This document shows, piece after piece, positions 30,840-41,700 of a stretch of 64,000 bases of DNA (its first letter is position 1; every line of letters starts with the position of its first letter). Both the position numbers and the translations under genes were made by a program. The stretch covers positions 32,001 to 96,000 of the IMG/VR virus record IMGVR_UViG_3300044825_000904; one strand, given 5' to 3'. A model generated the notes under the pieces. That model saw nothing but the letters and a program-made list of their open reading frames with translations, did not search any database and was not told the origin of the DNA. The DNA is from a virus.

Positions 30840-31274
30840 TTAAGGACAAAAAAGTTGTCCTGATACAATTTGTATCGATCCGTTATATCCAGCAGGTAAT
30901 GTAGTTTGAAATATTCCATTGTAATAATAGAACACAGGACTACCACTTGGTAGTACATAACGCTGACCCAATCCCAATACAGGAGTAATCTTAGTCCACG
31001 CAGCAGGTCCACCTGAGCAATGATTAAGTTGATAATAAGTGTAAGAAGATGCTACTAAATTGCTTTTAACTACTAATTGATTATCAGTCTTACCCGATAA
31101 AGGAGAAGTCTGAATATCCACTGTTGTTAAAGCACCTAGCTTAGTAACTTCCCTATTACTAGGTATACCTGGAGGAGGTATAGTTCCAATCTGTATAAAT
31201 ACATTATTATTTACCGCATCCTGAAGATTAGCCCAACTCACACATTGATTACTTGCTATTCCTGCCCAAGACAT
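30840..31274 (-). CDS. Small virion protein carrying the Cys-repeat module also present in the 1372-aa tail protein
   Basis: YYQLNHC...QRYVLP...PAGYNGSIQI...CP. Confidence 0.55.
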   Translation of the reverse strand: MSWAGIASNQCVSWANLQDAVNNNVFIQIGTIPPPGIPSNREVTKLGALTTVDIQTSPLSGKTDNQLVVKSNLVASSYTYYQLNHCSGGPAAWTKITPVLGLGQRYVLPSGSPVFYYYNGIFQTTLPAGYNGSIQIVSGQLFCP

Positions 31275-31275
31275 A

Positions 31276-34200
31276 TTAGTTTAAGTTTAATAATTGTTCT
31301 AATTCTGATACACGTTTCTCTAATCTTGCAATCTTTGCTGTATGCACCTCACGATAAGAAAGACTCAGTAATCCGTCTGTTCCTTTGCTAACTGCACTTG
31401 GTAATATTTCTTGTACATCTTGTGCAAAGTATCCAAGTTCTTCTTTACCATTCTTAATATACAACTTAGCTATAATAGATTCAATACCTTTAGTTTGATA
31501 ATTATCTTCAATTAAAGTCTTAATAGTTTTATCTGAAGATTCAAAGAAACTTGCAGCTGTTACAGCACCACCATTTGTCATTGTTAATAATGCTGTACTA
31601 TTTCTTCCAATCGCAAATTTATCTGTTCCGACAGAACAAACACCAATCCCAATATCCCAATACATATCTGCAGCCGCATTTCCTGCCATTCTAAGCATTG
31701 CACCATATGTAGTTCCTGTATATCCATTAACCCCATTTTGAGTGTATGATACGTGAGGATTAATGTGCATCACCCATCTATCATTAGAACTTCCATATAA
31801 TGTTGGATATGATGCACTTCCTGCCCAAGATGCTTGTACTCCTCCTAATATCGCCTTAAATGAACCGGTATCCATTGCAATTTGTCCATTTACATAAACA
31901 TTGTATCCTGCATCTGTATTAGTGTTTATTAAAATATTTCCATTTGTATTGATTTTTAAATATTGAGTACCACTAACATTGAATGATTGGTAATTATATG
32001 TTCTAACAATTAACGCTGAACTATTCCATGTTTCCAAATATCCAATTCCTGATTCATAACCCAACGAAAGACCACCTGTTGATGTTGCATTTATAGTCCT
32101 ACCAATTGCTTTTATTGATCCATTTACTTCAAATTTTTCACCCGGCGAATTCGTTCCAATTCCTACGTTTCCTGCAAAATATGACTTAGCGGCATTCCCT
32201 GAATAAATAGAATAATCATTTGTAGCAGTACCCGAATTTGGTCCATCAACAAACAATGCATAACGATTAGTAACAGAAGTTCCACTAGATAAAGATATAT
32301 AAATACCATATAAATTAGTAATTGTATTGCCAAAAGTTGGATTGAATACCGCACCAAATTGACTAGTACCACTTGTAAATGCAGTACCACTTACTTGCAT
32401 CATTCTATCAGATGATAATGTACCAAAGCCAACATTTAATTCTCCTTGAGTTGTAACACTACTCGAAAACGTGGCTGCTCCTGATGTTGCTATTGTTAAA
32501 TTAGCACTACCACTTTGCCCAATATAAATTGGTTGAGAATAAGATGTAATTAATAAAGGTCTACTACCACTTTCAATTCGATTATTTACTGAATCCCAAT
32601 AACCAATTGTCATTCCGGGTAACCCTAAACGATAATCAGATGTTAATTGTCCACTAAACCTTCCCGTACCACTTACATCAAGTTGATATCCATTATTAGT
32701 TGTCTGATTAATACCTATTTTACCATCACTAAAAATCTTTAAGGCTCCACCACCAACACCAGGTCTATCAAAATTCACGACACCTGGGGCAACAGATAAA
32801 ACTGTATTTCCAACGTGATCAGCACCTCCACCAATTCGAACTTGACCTGTACCAAAATAAGTATTTGAATATGCAATACCTGCATCTCCGGTTGTTAAAT
32901 ACTGATCGCCTGCTGATGATGGTGTAACTCTAATTCCTACATTGCCATTTGTTTGCAATGTGCTAGAAAATAAACCGCCACCATTTGCCGCAATTGTTAA
33001 ATCAGCCGTATTTCCGCTTCCTCTTAATTCTAAATTATTTGTTGAATGGTTATAAACTATTCCTGCCTCATTCATTGTAGTGGCATCTGAAAAATAAATT
33101 GAACTATAATTTAATCCCTTGATTTGAATTGCAGCCTCTCCGTTTTCCTCAACAATTAATTGCCCAAAATAAGTACCTCCAACTGATGATGTTTTAATTG
33201 TTAATGCTCCACTAAATCTACTTGTTCCGTTTACATCAAATTTATATCCTGAATTTGTTGGTGTTCCAATCATTACATTGCCACCCTCCGGATTAATTGC
33301 TAATGAAGCCCAAGAATTTAATGCAGAATTATGACCGCCAATTGTCGGCCCTAAATAATTACCTATTACGACTTTATCGGCATTGCCTGTACCTGCAAAT
33401 GTTCCGCTAATCCAACTTCCTGATGTTGCAGCAACTTGCAATCTAACCGCATTTACATTGGATGTTGTCGCAATCGAAATTGCATCTCCGTGATCATAAA
33501 TTAAACTATTGCCCAATGCACTTGCTGATGTCCATTTTGGCAAATAATTTGTTCCACCTGATCCTGTGACTAATCCTGATAATGTTGAAACCGATCCATC
33601 AGCCATCAAATATTGTGATGATGTGCCACCCGATTTGATAAAAGATGCCGATGTCAATGTTCCGGTATTTATCGCATTACCCGATGGTGTTATTTGGAAT
33701 TTTGTTACACCGGCTGTTTGGTCATAAATATAAAAATACCCTGAATCAACAAATAATGTGTAATCCGGATTATTATCTGTATCGGTGAAATATAACTTTG
33801 GTGCAATTCCGCTGATTGTCATATCTCCTGTGAATACAGGGTTGGCCGCATCCGCTTTTAAAGCAAGTTTTGCCAACACCGCATTTGAATTTGGATATTC
33901 CGTATCACTAGCCAATAAATTCGACACCATTTTATCCTTTCTTTGATAAATGGTAGCAGCATCAGTAGTATTTAAGTATGTACTATTATCATAAGTGATA
34001 GTAGTACCAGAAGCTTTTACAAATCCAGTTCCATCTAATTTAGCTTGAGCACCTAAACTTGTTAAAGTTTGGTCTCCTGTATTTGTACCACTCAAATTAG
34101 ATGCACTAATTGTACCAGTAACTGTAAGATTACCAGTATTGGTTAATGATAATCTTCTAGCACCATTCCACTGAATTACAAAATCAGCACCAGCAGAAGC

Positions 34201-36423
34201 ACCTGACCTAGTCATACCAAGTCTCCAATGGTCATCATACCAACCATATTCGTGACCAGAAACTAAGTCATCTGTAGTATATGTAGATGCCATATACACT
34301 TTTACTTCTCTGCCTTCAGAAGCAGTTACAGTTATTGGGGTAGAAGTTGTAGCACCTCTTGCTGTAACTGAAGCTAATGTATCAGTTTCTGTATAAGAAG
34401 TTAAATATGTATTACTATCTACACTACCATCCGCTTTTAAGAATTGAGAAGCTGTACCTCCTGACTTAGCAATACTACCTACTATTACATCTCCAGGAAA
34501 AGTTGATACACCTAAGTTAGTAATATAGAATCTACTAACTGTATTAGTTTGATCATAGATTCTAAAATATCCATCATCATTACCTATGAAGTAATCTGGA
34601 TTATTATCAGTGTCAGTTAAGTATAACTTAGGACTAGCACTGCTAATAGTCATATTACCAGTAAAGGTAGGACTAGCTGCATCCGCTTTAAGGGCTAAGG
34701 CTGCTAACACTGCATTACTATTAGGATACTCCGTATCACTAGCTAATAAGTTGGAAACCATCTTATCTAACCTTTGATAGGTAGAAGCAGCAGTTGCACT
34801 TAAAAGATAATTGCTTAATGAACCAGAAGTCACATAAGTATTAGCATCTACAGTTCCATCTGCTTTAAGGAATTCCGTAGATAAACCACCAGATTTAGCA
34901 ATAGAGCCTACAACTACACTGCCTGGGAATGTAGAAACACCTAAGTTAGTAATGTAAAATCTACTAGCTGTATTAGTCTGATCGTAAATTCTAAAGTATC
35001 CATCGTCATTTCCAATAAAATAATCAGGATTATTATCGCTATCGGTTAAGTAAATCTTAGGATAAGCCCCACCTACTGTCATTGACCCTGTAAACTCAGG
35101 GTTTAAAGCATTAGCTTTAAGTGCTAAAGCAGCTAAAACAGCATTAGAGTTAGGGTATTCAGTATCACTTGCAAGCAAGTTAGATACCATTTTATCTAAT
35201 CTTTGGTATGTAGAAGCTGCAACTCCTGTAGATAAGTAAGTTGTAGTGTCTAATTCCCAAGTATTAGCTCCAGTTTTCTTTAGTATACCAGTTGTACCTG
35301 CTAAAGCTCCAATAGCTGTTAAGTCTCCATCTAATGGCTGATAAGAACTATTGTCATAGCTTATCGTAGAGCCATCAATTTTAACAAAACCTGTTCCACT
35401 AAGGGCTGCTTGTTTTGCGTTAAATGTAGCCCAATCTGTGCTATTTAAAAGACCTCTCTTAGTTGCGGAGGCTGTAGGTAGATTGATTGTATGTGTATCA
35501 TCACTAGAAACTATAGCAGCATCACTACCAGCATTTCCTATTGCAATGAATTGTACTTGCTTAGTTAAACCATTAATGGCTGTTAAACCATTAGCAAATG
35601 TAGTTCCTACAGAAGCTAAGTGTGAATCTTGAGTATGGAAGTTTACAGTTCTGTTGCCATCTGTATCTACAAAGATTCTAATAGCTATTCTATCAGTAAT
35701 CAACAAAGTAGTATCAGGTATTGTAACTGTAGTAGTATAGTAGTCAATAGCTACACCATTGCTAATAACTTCAGCAGAAGCTACACTAGAACCTAAAAGA
35801 GTAAATACACCTGTATTAGAATACTTGTATATTTCAGCGTAGAACTTAGGGCTACCACTATTATCAGAAGCTGAAAAATAGAAGCCTAAAGGCCATGCTC
35901 CAGGAGGAATCTTTAATAATGATGGGTCTCCTGCATCTGTAACGAATTGAGCAATGTTTTCAAATCCTGTAGTATTAATCTTAAAGAAGTCTACCATAGC
36001 TCCTTGTACAGGAGTTTTACTCATTTCATAATAAGTAGAACCATCTAAAACACCTTGAGATGTTCCACCATTAAGATAATAAGTTACACCACCACCTGCA
36101 TTGATAGAAGTGCCTCCACTACCAACTGCTACGATCATATTCATAACCACAGAGTTAATAGAAGGAGAATCAGGATAAACTCTAACTACACGAGTATAAC
36201 TAGGATTCCATGGGCTACCATGAGTTCTAATCCAAACATAAAAGTCAGTCATTGTATTGACTGCTACATCAATGTTGGGATCATCTGTTTGATAAGAACT
36301 AGGCTGTGTCTCTGGGAATGAATTACCTATTGTAATTCCATAGTCAATATTGCCTTGTGATGGCATAGGAACGTACCCATCAGATGTATATTCAGCAAAT
36401 ACTCGTATCGTTTTAATAGCCAT
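31276..36423 (-). CDS. Mosaic tail fibre with C-terminal intramolecular chaperone (S74-like) domain
   Basis: GNVGIGT/FDVNG fibre repeats, three long internal repeats, SSDKTIK...GYFAQDV...LSLSY plus coiled-coil end. Confidence 0.85.
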   Translation of the reverse strand: MAIKTIRVFAEYTSDGYVPMPSQGNIDYGITIGNSFPETQPSSYQTDDPNIDVAVNTMTDFYVWIRTHGSPWNPSYTRVVRVYPDSPSINSVVMNMIVAVGSGGTSINAGGGVTYYLNGGTSQGVLDGSTYYEMSKTPVQGAMVDFFKINTTGFENIAQFVTDAGDPSLLKIPPGAWPLGFYFSASDNSGSPKFYAEIYKYSNTGVFTLLGSSVASAEVISNGVAIDYYTTTVTIPDTTLLITDRIAIRIFVDTDGNRTVNFHTQDSHLASVGTTFANGLTAINGLTKQVQFIAIGNAGSDAAIVSSDDTHTINLPTASATKRGLLNSTDWATFNAKQAALSGTGFVKIDGSTISYDNSSYQPLDGDLTAIGALAGTTGILKKTGANTWELDTTTYLSTGVAASTYQRLDKMVSNLLASDTEYPNSNAVLAALALKANALNPEFTGSMTVGGAYPKIYLTDSDNNPDYFIGNDDGYFRIYDQTNTASRFYITNLGVSTFPGSVVVGSIAKSGGLSTEFLKADGTVDANTYVTSGSLSNYLLSATAASTYQRLDKMVSNLLASDTEYPNSNAVLAALALKADAASPTFTGNMTISSASPKLYLTDTDNNPDYFIGNDDGYFRIYDQTNTVSRFYITNLGVSTFPGDVIVGSIAKSGGTASQFLKADGSVDSNTYLTSYTETDTLASVTARGATTSTPITVTASEGREVKVYMASTYTTDDLVSGHEYGWYDDHWRLGMTRSGASAGADFVIQWNGARRLSLTNTGNLTVTGTISASNLSGTNTGDQTLTSLGAQAKLDGTGFVKASGTTITYDNSTYLNTTDAATIYQRKDKMVSNLLASDTEYPNSNAVLAKLALKADAANPVFTGDMTISGIAPKLYFTDTDNNPDYTLFVDSGYFYIYDQTAGVTKFQITPSGNAINTGTLTSASFIKSGGTSSQYLMADGSVSTLSGLVTGSGGTNYLPKWTSASALGNSLIYDHGDAISIATTSNVNAVRLQVAATSGSWISGTFAGTGNADKVVIGNYLGPTIGGHNSALNSWASLAINPEGGNVMIGTPTNSGYKFDVNGTSRFSGALTIKTSSVGGTYFGQLIVEENGEAAIQIKGLNYSSIYFSDATTMNEAGIVYNHSTNNLELRGSGNTADLTIAANGGGLFSSTLQTNGNVGIRVTPSSAGDQYLTTGDAGIAYSNTYFGTGQVRIGGGADHVGNTVLSVAPGVVNFDRPGVGGGALKIFSDGKIGINQTTNNGYQLDVSGTGRFSGQLTSDYRLGLPGMTIGYWDSVNNRIESGSRPLLITSYSQPIYIGQSGSANLTIATSGAATFSSSVTTQGELNVGFGTLSSDRMMQVSGTAFTSGTSQFGAVFNPTFGNTITNLYGIYISLSSGTSVTNRYALFVDGPNSGTATNDYSIYSGNAAKSYFAGNVGIGTNSPGEKFEVNGSIKAIGRTINATSTGGLSLGYESGIGYLETWNSSALIVRTYNYQSFNVSGTQYLKINTNGNILINTNTDAGYNVYVNGQIAMDTGSFKAILGGVQASWAGSASYPTLYGSSNDRWVMHINPHVSYTQNGVNGYTGTTYGAMLRMAGNAAADMYWDIGIGVCSVGTDKFAIGRNSTALLTMTNGGAVTAASFFESSDKTIKTLIEDNYQTKGIESIIAKLYIKNGKEELGYFAQDVQEILPSAVSKGTDGLLSLSYREVHTAKIARLEKRVSELEQLLNLN
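33590..35220 (-). repeat. Three ~125-aa internal repeats in fibre (start at 35220, 34791, 33960)
   Basis: AAxxYQRxDKMVSNLLASDTEYPNSNAVLAxLALKA...PKxYxTDxDNNPDY...xLxADG. Confidence 0.9.
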
Positions 36424-36425
36424 TT

Positions 36426-37007
36426 TTATCCTTCTTTTTGCCCATTAGGGCTAACATAACACTCCTCTGTTTTTACTCTTGTAAAGTAAGCCAAATTTAC
36501 ATTATCTGAACCACTACTACAACTCAAATATTTATACTGATTATTCCACCCAGAAGTTATACCTGTAAATGAACCTATTTCTGTCCAAGTAACATAAGTT
36601 GCATCTAAGTTATCAAGATTAAGAGAATAACTGATTGTTAAATCTCCACCTAGGTTATTAATTCTTAACCATATTTCATCATTCCTAGGAATATCAGTAG
36701 TGGAGACAATAGTTAAATTATCTCCTCTATTAATTCTACGAATGATTCTGATTTTATTATCACCACAAACAAAGACTGCAATAAAGGCCGAATCTGACTT
36801 GGCCATAGTCCTAAGCATCAATCCAGCTTTTGCATCGCTTGTAGTGCCATTAAATAGCTTTAGATGGGCTGTTAGTGTGTATTGTCCTAACTTATTCTCC
36901 CATCCATAAACGTAACCGCTATCTTCTTTGTCGGTAAACAAGCCACTTCCATATAATTCTATGGAAGAACGTGACTTGTATTTAAAATATCCTATCTCTC
37001 TAGCCAT
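36426..37007 (-). CDS. Tail-associated beta-sandwich (ConA/DUF1349-like) protein
   Basis: AKAGLMLR, IWLRI...TISYSL...WTEIG; ATG 37007. Confidence 0.5.
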   Translation of the reverse strand: MAREIGYFKYKSRSSIELYGSGLFTDKEDSGYVYGWENKLGQYTLTAHLKLFNGTTSDAKAGLMLRTMAKSDSAFIAVFVCGDNKIRIIRRINRGDNLTIVSTTDIPRNDEIWLRINNLGGDLTISYSLNLDNLDATYVTWTEIGSFTGITSGWNNQYKYLSCSSGSDNVNLAYFTRVKTEECYVSPNGQKEG

Positions 37008-37091
37008 ATCAAGGTACAAAATCGTCTAAGTAGAACACTGTGAATGTATCAAATATAGTTCCCTCTTTACCAGCTTGGCCTAAATCAGTAC

Positions 37092-39170
37092 CTATCCCGT
37101 TAGAGTTTTTTTTTTAGATGCCGTAACATCGGCTGTAATTAGAAGTCCATTTTCATCGTATCTTGACCGAGTAAGCTGTCCGTAGATTTCATTGGAAGTT
37201 AATTCCATAAATACCACTTCGGCTGTACACTCAAAGTCATTTAGCTTCATTGACAATGGCCAGAACTTTTTACCACCTAATGGTCCTTGATTAGGGAACT
37301 CATAAATAGCTCCATATTGTAAATCTATACCAATTAATGTACCAACAAAGATGTTTCTGTAGTCTGAATATTGGTTTAGAATGTTTCTAGCACAATACTC
37401 TAAGATTGTAAATCTATCATCTTCTTCTCTTTCTCTCCACGATCCTTTTATTTCACCTGTAAGCACATCAGTGTAATAAGATTGCATAGGCCAGTAATCA
37501 CTACCAGACTTATACAAGAATGCTGAAGGCTCTTGGATATCGTATAAAGCAAATTCTTTTTGATTAAAGTTATCACCACAATAAACCATTTTCTTTTCAG
37601 GAATAATGGATGTATACTTTATGTTATCAACATGAAATACTTCTCTTGTAGGCAATTGCTTACCAAGGTAAGTTAATGGCTTAGGACCATTAATAATGAT
37701 ATCAGAATACCAAGATTCATAAGTTGCAGTAGTGCCTATTTTCTTACCAGCATACATTACTAAGTAAACCGAATAAGATTCATATTGATAGATATCCCAA
37801 TCGTCTAAAATATTAGGGAATGGGAATTGTTGTGAGAATGAATTAATAGTATCTACATCTGGATAATCAGAAGACTTTTGGTAATAATGTGGTGAGTTTT
37901 TCCAAGTTCCTGATTGAAAATCATAATAATACTCAGCCACACCTGTTATATAAGGTATTTGAGCTATTAAAGAAAATGTAGGGTTATTTGTAGGGCATTG
38001 AACCGACAAAGTAAATCCTTCACCCCATCTAATGTCTACCTTACCAGTTGTAAAGTAATTTAAAGCATTATGAGGGTCTCCTGCAGTTAAACCAAGCTTA
38101 TACTTATTCTCTAATTGACTATACAATAAATAAGAATTTACTGAAGCTCCTTTATTAAAGAACTTAAATTCAGTTTGTGCTTGTGTAGTTCCTGCTAATG
38201 AAGTTGTATCAGTTAATAAAATCTCATTAGGATTATCACCCCAAATGGTACAATCACCATTAATAAACTTATTTGTAGCTCCTTGATACTCTACTTCAGT
38301 GTATTTATAAAATCTTCTAATTCTACGCTTAGGCTCTGCTAAGATTTTAAAGTCTTCGCCATGAATTAATGTAGGAATGTTCTTTTTAGATGTTGTATTT
38401 AAAGTTCCATCTAATGCAAACTTACTTGCATCCCTAACACCAAAAATTAAGTCCTTAGGCTTTACATAATACCACTCACCATAGTTTTGGTATACGAAGG
38501 CATTAAACACTTGGCAAATGTCAAGCAATAGCTCCAAATCACTTCTAAACTCAAAGTTATTATCCTTTAATGAAGGAGTATAAACATAAGTTTGCTCTAA
38601 TGGAGTAGAATAATCTGTCTTAACTTGAGCTTCATGCCACATCTTGCACAATACGTTTAAAGGATACTCATATCCAATTCCGTTTAATGCTCCTTGCAAA
38701 ACCTTCAACAAATTAAGAATACCAGGAGGCATCTTGCCATCAATATCAAGCTTATTCTTCTTTAATGTACTTAACCCATCAATTGTCTTAAATTCAATTG
38801 CGGGGTACTTTAAAAATACATCTTCATCACATAATTCTGGGCTTACAAAACCTCTCCAGAATAAATTACCAGCTCTATAATATTCAATGATGTATTCCTT
38901 TTCATCTTCACTAATAAGTGAATCCATATTGATTACACCACCCAATACTTTGAATGTAAGAGACGATCCCTTCAATGGATAGAAGATATCATCATCTGCT
39001 GTAGGATAATCAATTATAACTGGTCCTACTTGCCCATGGGGGATATCAGTAATTGTACCAGTGTAGTCTTTTTTAAGAATAAGTATCTTATTGTTGCTAA
39101 CAAGCATCTCGTTAAATGGATTACAAAACCCATCAAACTCAAAGCGATATAGTATTCCGTATCCTGTCAT
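37092..39170 (-). CDS. Tail tip/hub protein following tape measure; probably extends to 37009 by a -1 shift at A10
   Basis: Position after TMP; LKGSSLTF, FWRGFVSP, TIDGLSTLK motifs. Confidence 0.6.
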   Translation of the reverse strand: MTGYGILYRFEFDGFCNPFNEMLVSNNKILILKKDYTGTITDIPHGQVGPVIIDYPTADDDIFYPLKGSSLTFKVLGGVINMDSLISEDEKEYIIEYYRAGNLFWRGFVSPELCDEDVFLKYPAIEFKTIDGLSTLKKNKLDIDGKMPPGILNLLKVLQGALNGIGYEYPLNVLCKMWHEAQVKTDYSTPLEQTYVYTPSLKDNNFEFRSDLELLLDICQVFNAFVYQNYGEWYYVKPKDLIFGVRDASKFALDGTLNTTSKKNIPTLIHGEDFKILAEPKRRIRRFYKYTEVEYQGATNKFINGDCTIWGDNPNEILLTDTTSLAGTTQAQTEFKFFNKGASVNSYLLYSQLENKYKLGLTAGDPHNALNYFTTGKVDIRWGEGFTLSVQCPTNNPTFSLIAQIPYITGVAEYYYDFQSGTWKNSPHYYQKSSDYPDVDTINSFSQQFPFPNILDDWDIYQYESYSVYLVMYAGKKIGTTATYESWYSDIIINGPKPLTYLGKQLPTREVFHVDNIKYTSIIPEKKMVYCGDNFNQKEFALYDIQEPSAFLYKSGSDYWPMQSYYTDVLTGEIKGSWREREEDDRFTILEYCARNILNQYSDYRNIFVGTLIGIDLQYGAIYEFPNQGPLGGKKFWPLSMKLNDFECTAEVVFMELTSNEIYGQLTRSRYDENGLLITADVTASKKKTLTG

Positions 39171-41386
39171 TATCTTCCAGTTATTCTAAGAGTTGTTTCC
39201 ATTGACTTATTGATAGCGTAGCCAGTAGCAGTCTGAGTAATTGAACCAGTCAAATCTACGAATAATCTTACAGATTGTTGAACATTGCTCATATTTCCGT
39301 AAGAATAAGTGCTACCAGATATTCTTGATGAAGCTCCTGTTCCACCAGATGCTATAGATTTGCCATCTGTGGACTTATTTTTATCCATTGAAGATGTAAC
39401 CTTACCTGCAAGTCCTTTAAGGGCTGTACCGACAGATACTGCAGCAATACCTGCTACAATTGCTGATTCAGGTGATGCAAATCCAGCAGTTAAAGCATTC
39501 TTCAATACTGTATTAACTACACCAAATGTAATTGCTGCTCCACCGACTTTAATCAAGTAATCTCCCAACATATTAAGGATTAAAGCTCCAAGAGATTTAA
39601 AAGCATCTCCTACAGTCAATTCACCTAACATAATTGATCCTGCAATCTCTCCTAAACCACCAGCAATGTTTTCTGATAAACCTCTAGCTGCATCATAATA
39701 AGATTTACCTAAATTTTGGAATGAATCAATTTGGTTATTAATAACTGATTGATCCCAACCTTCTGTAATCTTACTTATAGGATTTTGTAATCTAAAATTA
39801 TCAAATGTACTTACAGGCTTAATCAACTTCATAATAGCAGCATTCTTTTCTGCTTGTATTTGTTGAGCTAATAATGATATTTCTGATAAATTCTTGAATT
39901 CAATAGCCGTAGAATCAACTCCAGCCTTCTTCATCTCAGCCATTAACTTAGCATGAGATAATTTTAAATCAGCTAATTTTCTTTCATTAGCCGATAACCC
40001 AAGTTGTCTAATTTCAGTTCCAGCATCTTTCTCCATCTGGATTAATGCCTTAATTCTTTCGCCTTGAGCCTTTGTAATAAAATCAGTACCTGCTATAGTC
40101 TCAACCCCCTCTTTTTTTTCAGGCTTAGGTTTACCTCCACCTGCACCACCTGACATTTTCTTGAACATTGCTAACCACTTTTGGTAGTCAGTGATTTTTC
40201 TGGTAAGTGAGTTTTTCATTTGTTTTTCAATAGAAAAACCTTCTTTACCAAAATTATTCAAATAGTCTAAAAGCTGCTTAAAGTTATTTTGAGCAGTTTT
40301 ACCAAAGAAGCCTGCTAACTTAATTGATGTTTCATCAAGCCAGTTAGAAAAATTACTTAATTTATCATTATCAAATACATATTCAATAGCACTACCTAAT
40401 AATTTTACACCCTTTATAACAACATCTAATGTTAGTGCTAAGAAATCTAAAGCTCCCTTTAATGCACCACTCCAAAATGTTGATTTAGCCATTTCATCAT
40501 TTGTAGACTCAAAGTTTTTAGCAAGTTGAGTAGCAAGGAATGAAACGTGTGTAAGTAAACCAGATATATCAAATGTTTTATTTAAGTTTTCTCCTATGGT
40601 AGATAATGTGAAAGTAATACTTTCACTCATTTTATTGTAAGCACCACTAAGAGTTTCTGATTGCTTTTCAGCATTTCTAAAGAATCTACCTCCTTCAGAA
40701 GTTGCAAATATAAATGCTTGAGCTACTTCTGAAACACTAATTTTCCCCTCTCGCATCCTTGAACTAAGGGATGCCATTGATTCTCCTGTTTTTTCAGAAA
40801 TTGCTTGTAATGGGTTAAATCCAGCATTAATCATTTGACGAGTTTCTTGACCCATCAATCTACCTGCTGCATTTACTTGCCCAAAAGCTAAAGAAAGTCT
40901 TGAAAATCTATCAGCATTACCTCCTGAAACATCTCCAAGCATTTTGGTTAAAGGAATAACTTGCTCTGCAGTTAATCCATATCCTAATAATGTTTGAGCA
41001 CCTTTTGCAATATCTTGAAATTGCATAGGTGAAGATAATGCTTGAGATTTTAACTCAGCAAGCATATTCTTTGCTGTCTCAGCATTACCAGTAAATACTT
41101 CGAATGATACTGAAATTTGTTCTAATTCTGCAGCAGTCTTTAATGCAGCCTTACCAATTCCAATAATTCCACCAACAATACCAACTGTTGTTAAAGCAAG
41201 CCCCATTGATGAGAATGCTGCTGAAATTACATTAGATGTGCTAGTCATGCTATTGCTAATTTGACTACCACTTCTTTGGGTACTAGATGCTAATGATGAT
41301 AATTTGCCTGATAAAGCACCAAGCTTATTCATAGCCTCATCTACATCAGCCCCAATTTTTATATAAAACTCATTAGTTTCTGCCAT
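39170..41386 (-). CDS. Tape measure protein
   Basis: Tape-measure domain (SFEVFTG...LGDVSGG...RLSLAFGQV...GRLMGQE); Ala/Gly-rich. Confidence 0.92.
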   Translation of the reverse strand: MAETNEFYIKIGADVDEAMNKLGALSGKLSSLASSTQRSGSQISNSMTSTSNVISAAFSSMGLALTTVGIVGGIIGIGKAALKTAAELEQISVSFEVFTGNAETAKNMLAELKSQALSSPMQFQDIAKGAQTLLGYGLTAEQVIPLTKMLGDVSGGNADRFSRLSLAFGQVNAAGRLMGQETRQMINAGFNPLQAISEKTGESMASLSSRMREGKISVSEVAQAFIFATSEGGRFFRNAEKQSETLSGAYNKMSESITFTLSTIGENLNKTFDISGLLTHVSFLATQLAKNFESTNDEMAKSTFWSGALKGALDFLALTLDVVIKGVKLLGSAIEYVFDNDKLSNFSNWLDETSIKLAGFFGKTAQNNFKQLLDYLNNFGKEGFSIEKQMKNSLTRKITDYQKWLAMFKKMSGGAGGGKPKPEKKEGVETIAGTDFITKAQGERIKALIQMEKDAGTEIRQLGLSANERKLADLKLSHAKLMAEMKKAGVDSTAIEFKNLSEISLLAQQIQAEKNAAIMKLIKPVSTFDNFRLQNPISKITEGWDQSVINNQIDSFQNLGKSYYDAARGLSENIAGGLGEIAGSIMLGELTVGDAFKSLGALILNMLGDYLIKVGGAAITFGVVNTVLKNALTAGFASPESAIVAGIAAVSVGTALKGLAGKVTSSMDKNKSTDGKSIASGGTGASSRISGSTYSYGNMSNVQQSVRLFVDLTGSITQTATGYAINKSMETTLRITGR

Positions 41387-41700
41387 TATTCTATAGAATT
41401 AACCCAATTTTTCACTATATCATCCGAAAGATACTCTTTTTCTTTTGGTTTTTCTAAAACTTTTCCTAGGTTATCTGTCCACAATGGAACTAAATCTTGA
41501 GCTTTTGGTGCATCCTTTCCTCCCATGGCAGCTAATGAAGCCCACATTATTTTTCTAGTCCTTTCCCACTCATAAGCCCTTCTAAACTCAAAGCCATGTT
41601 CATAGTCCAGAAATTCCCCGAAAGTCATTCTTTTCCATTCCCATGGCTTCAACCCTGTAATATATATTCTTGTAAGAACTTTACCCCAAGTAATTACCTC
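41386..41700 (-). CDS. Tail assembly chaperone, GT-type frameshift extension
   Basis: Open -1 frame from A AAA AAG into GLKPWEWKRMTFGEF. Confidence 0.8.
   Translation of the reverse strand, partial: EVITWGKVLTRIYITGLKPWEWKRMTFGEFLDYEHGFEFRRAYEWERTRKIMWASLAAMGGKDAPKAQDLVPLWTDNLGKVLEKPKEKEYLSDDIVKNWVNSIE

Noticed and set aside
33590-35220. Diversity-generating retroelement TR/VR pair
   Set aside because: Repeats are in-frame protein repeats with synonymous, not adenine-specific, differences; no reverse transcriptase in the window
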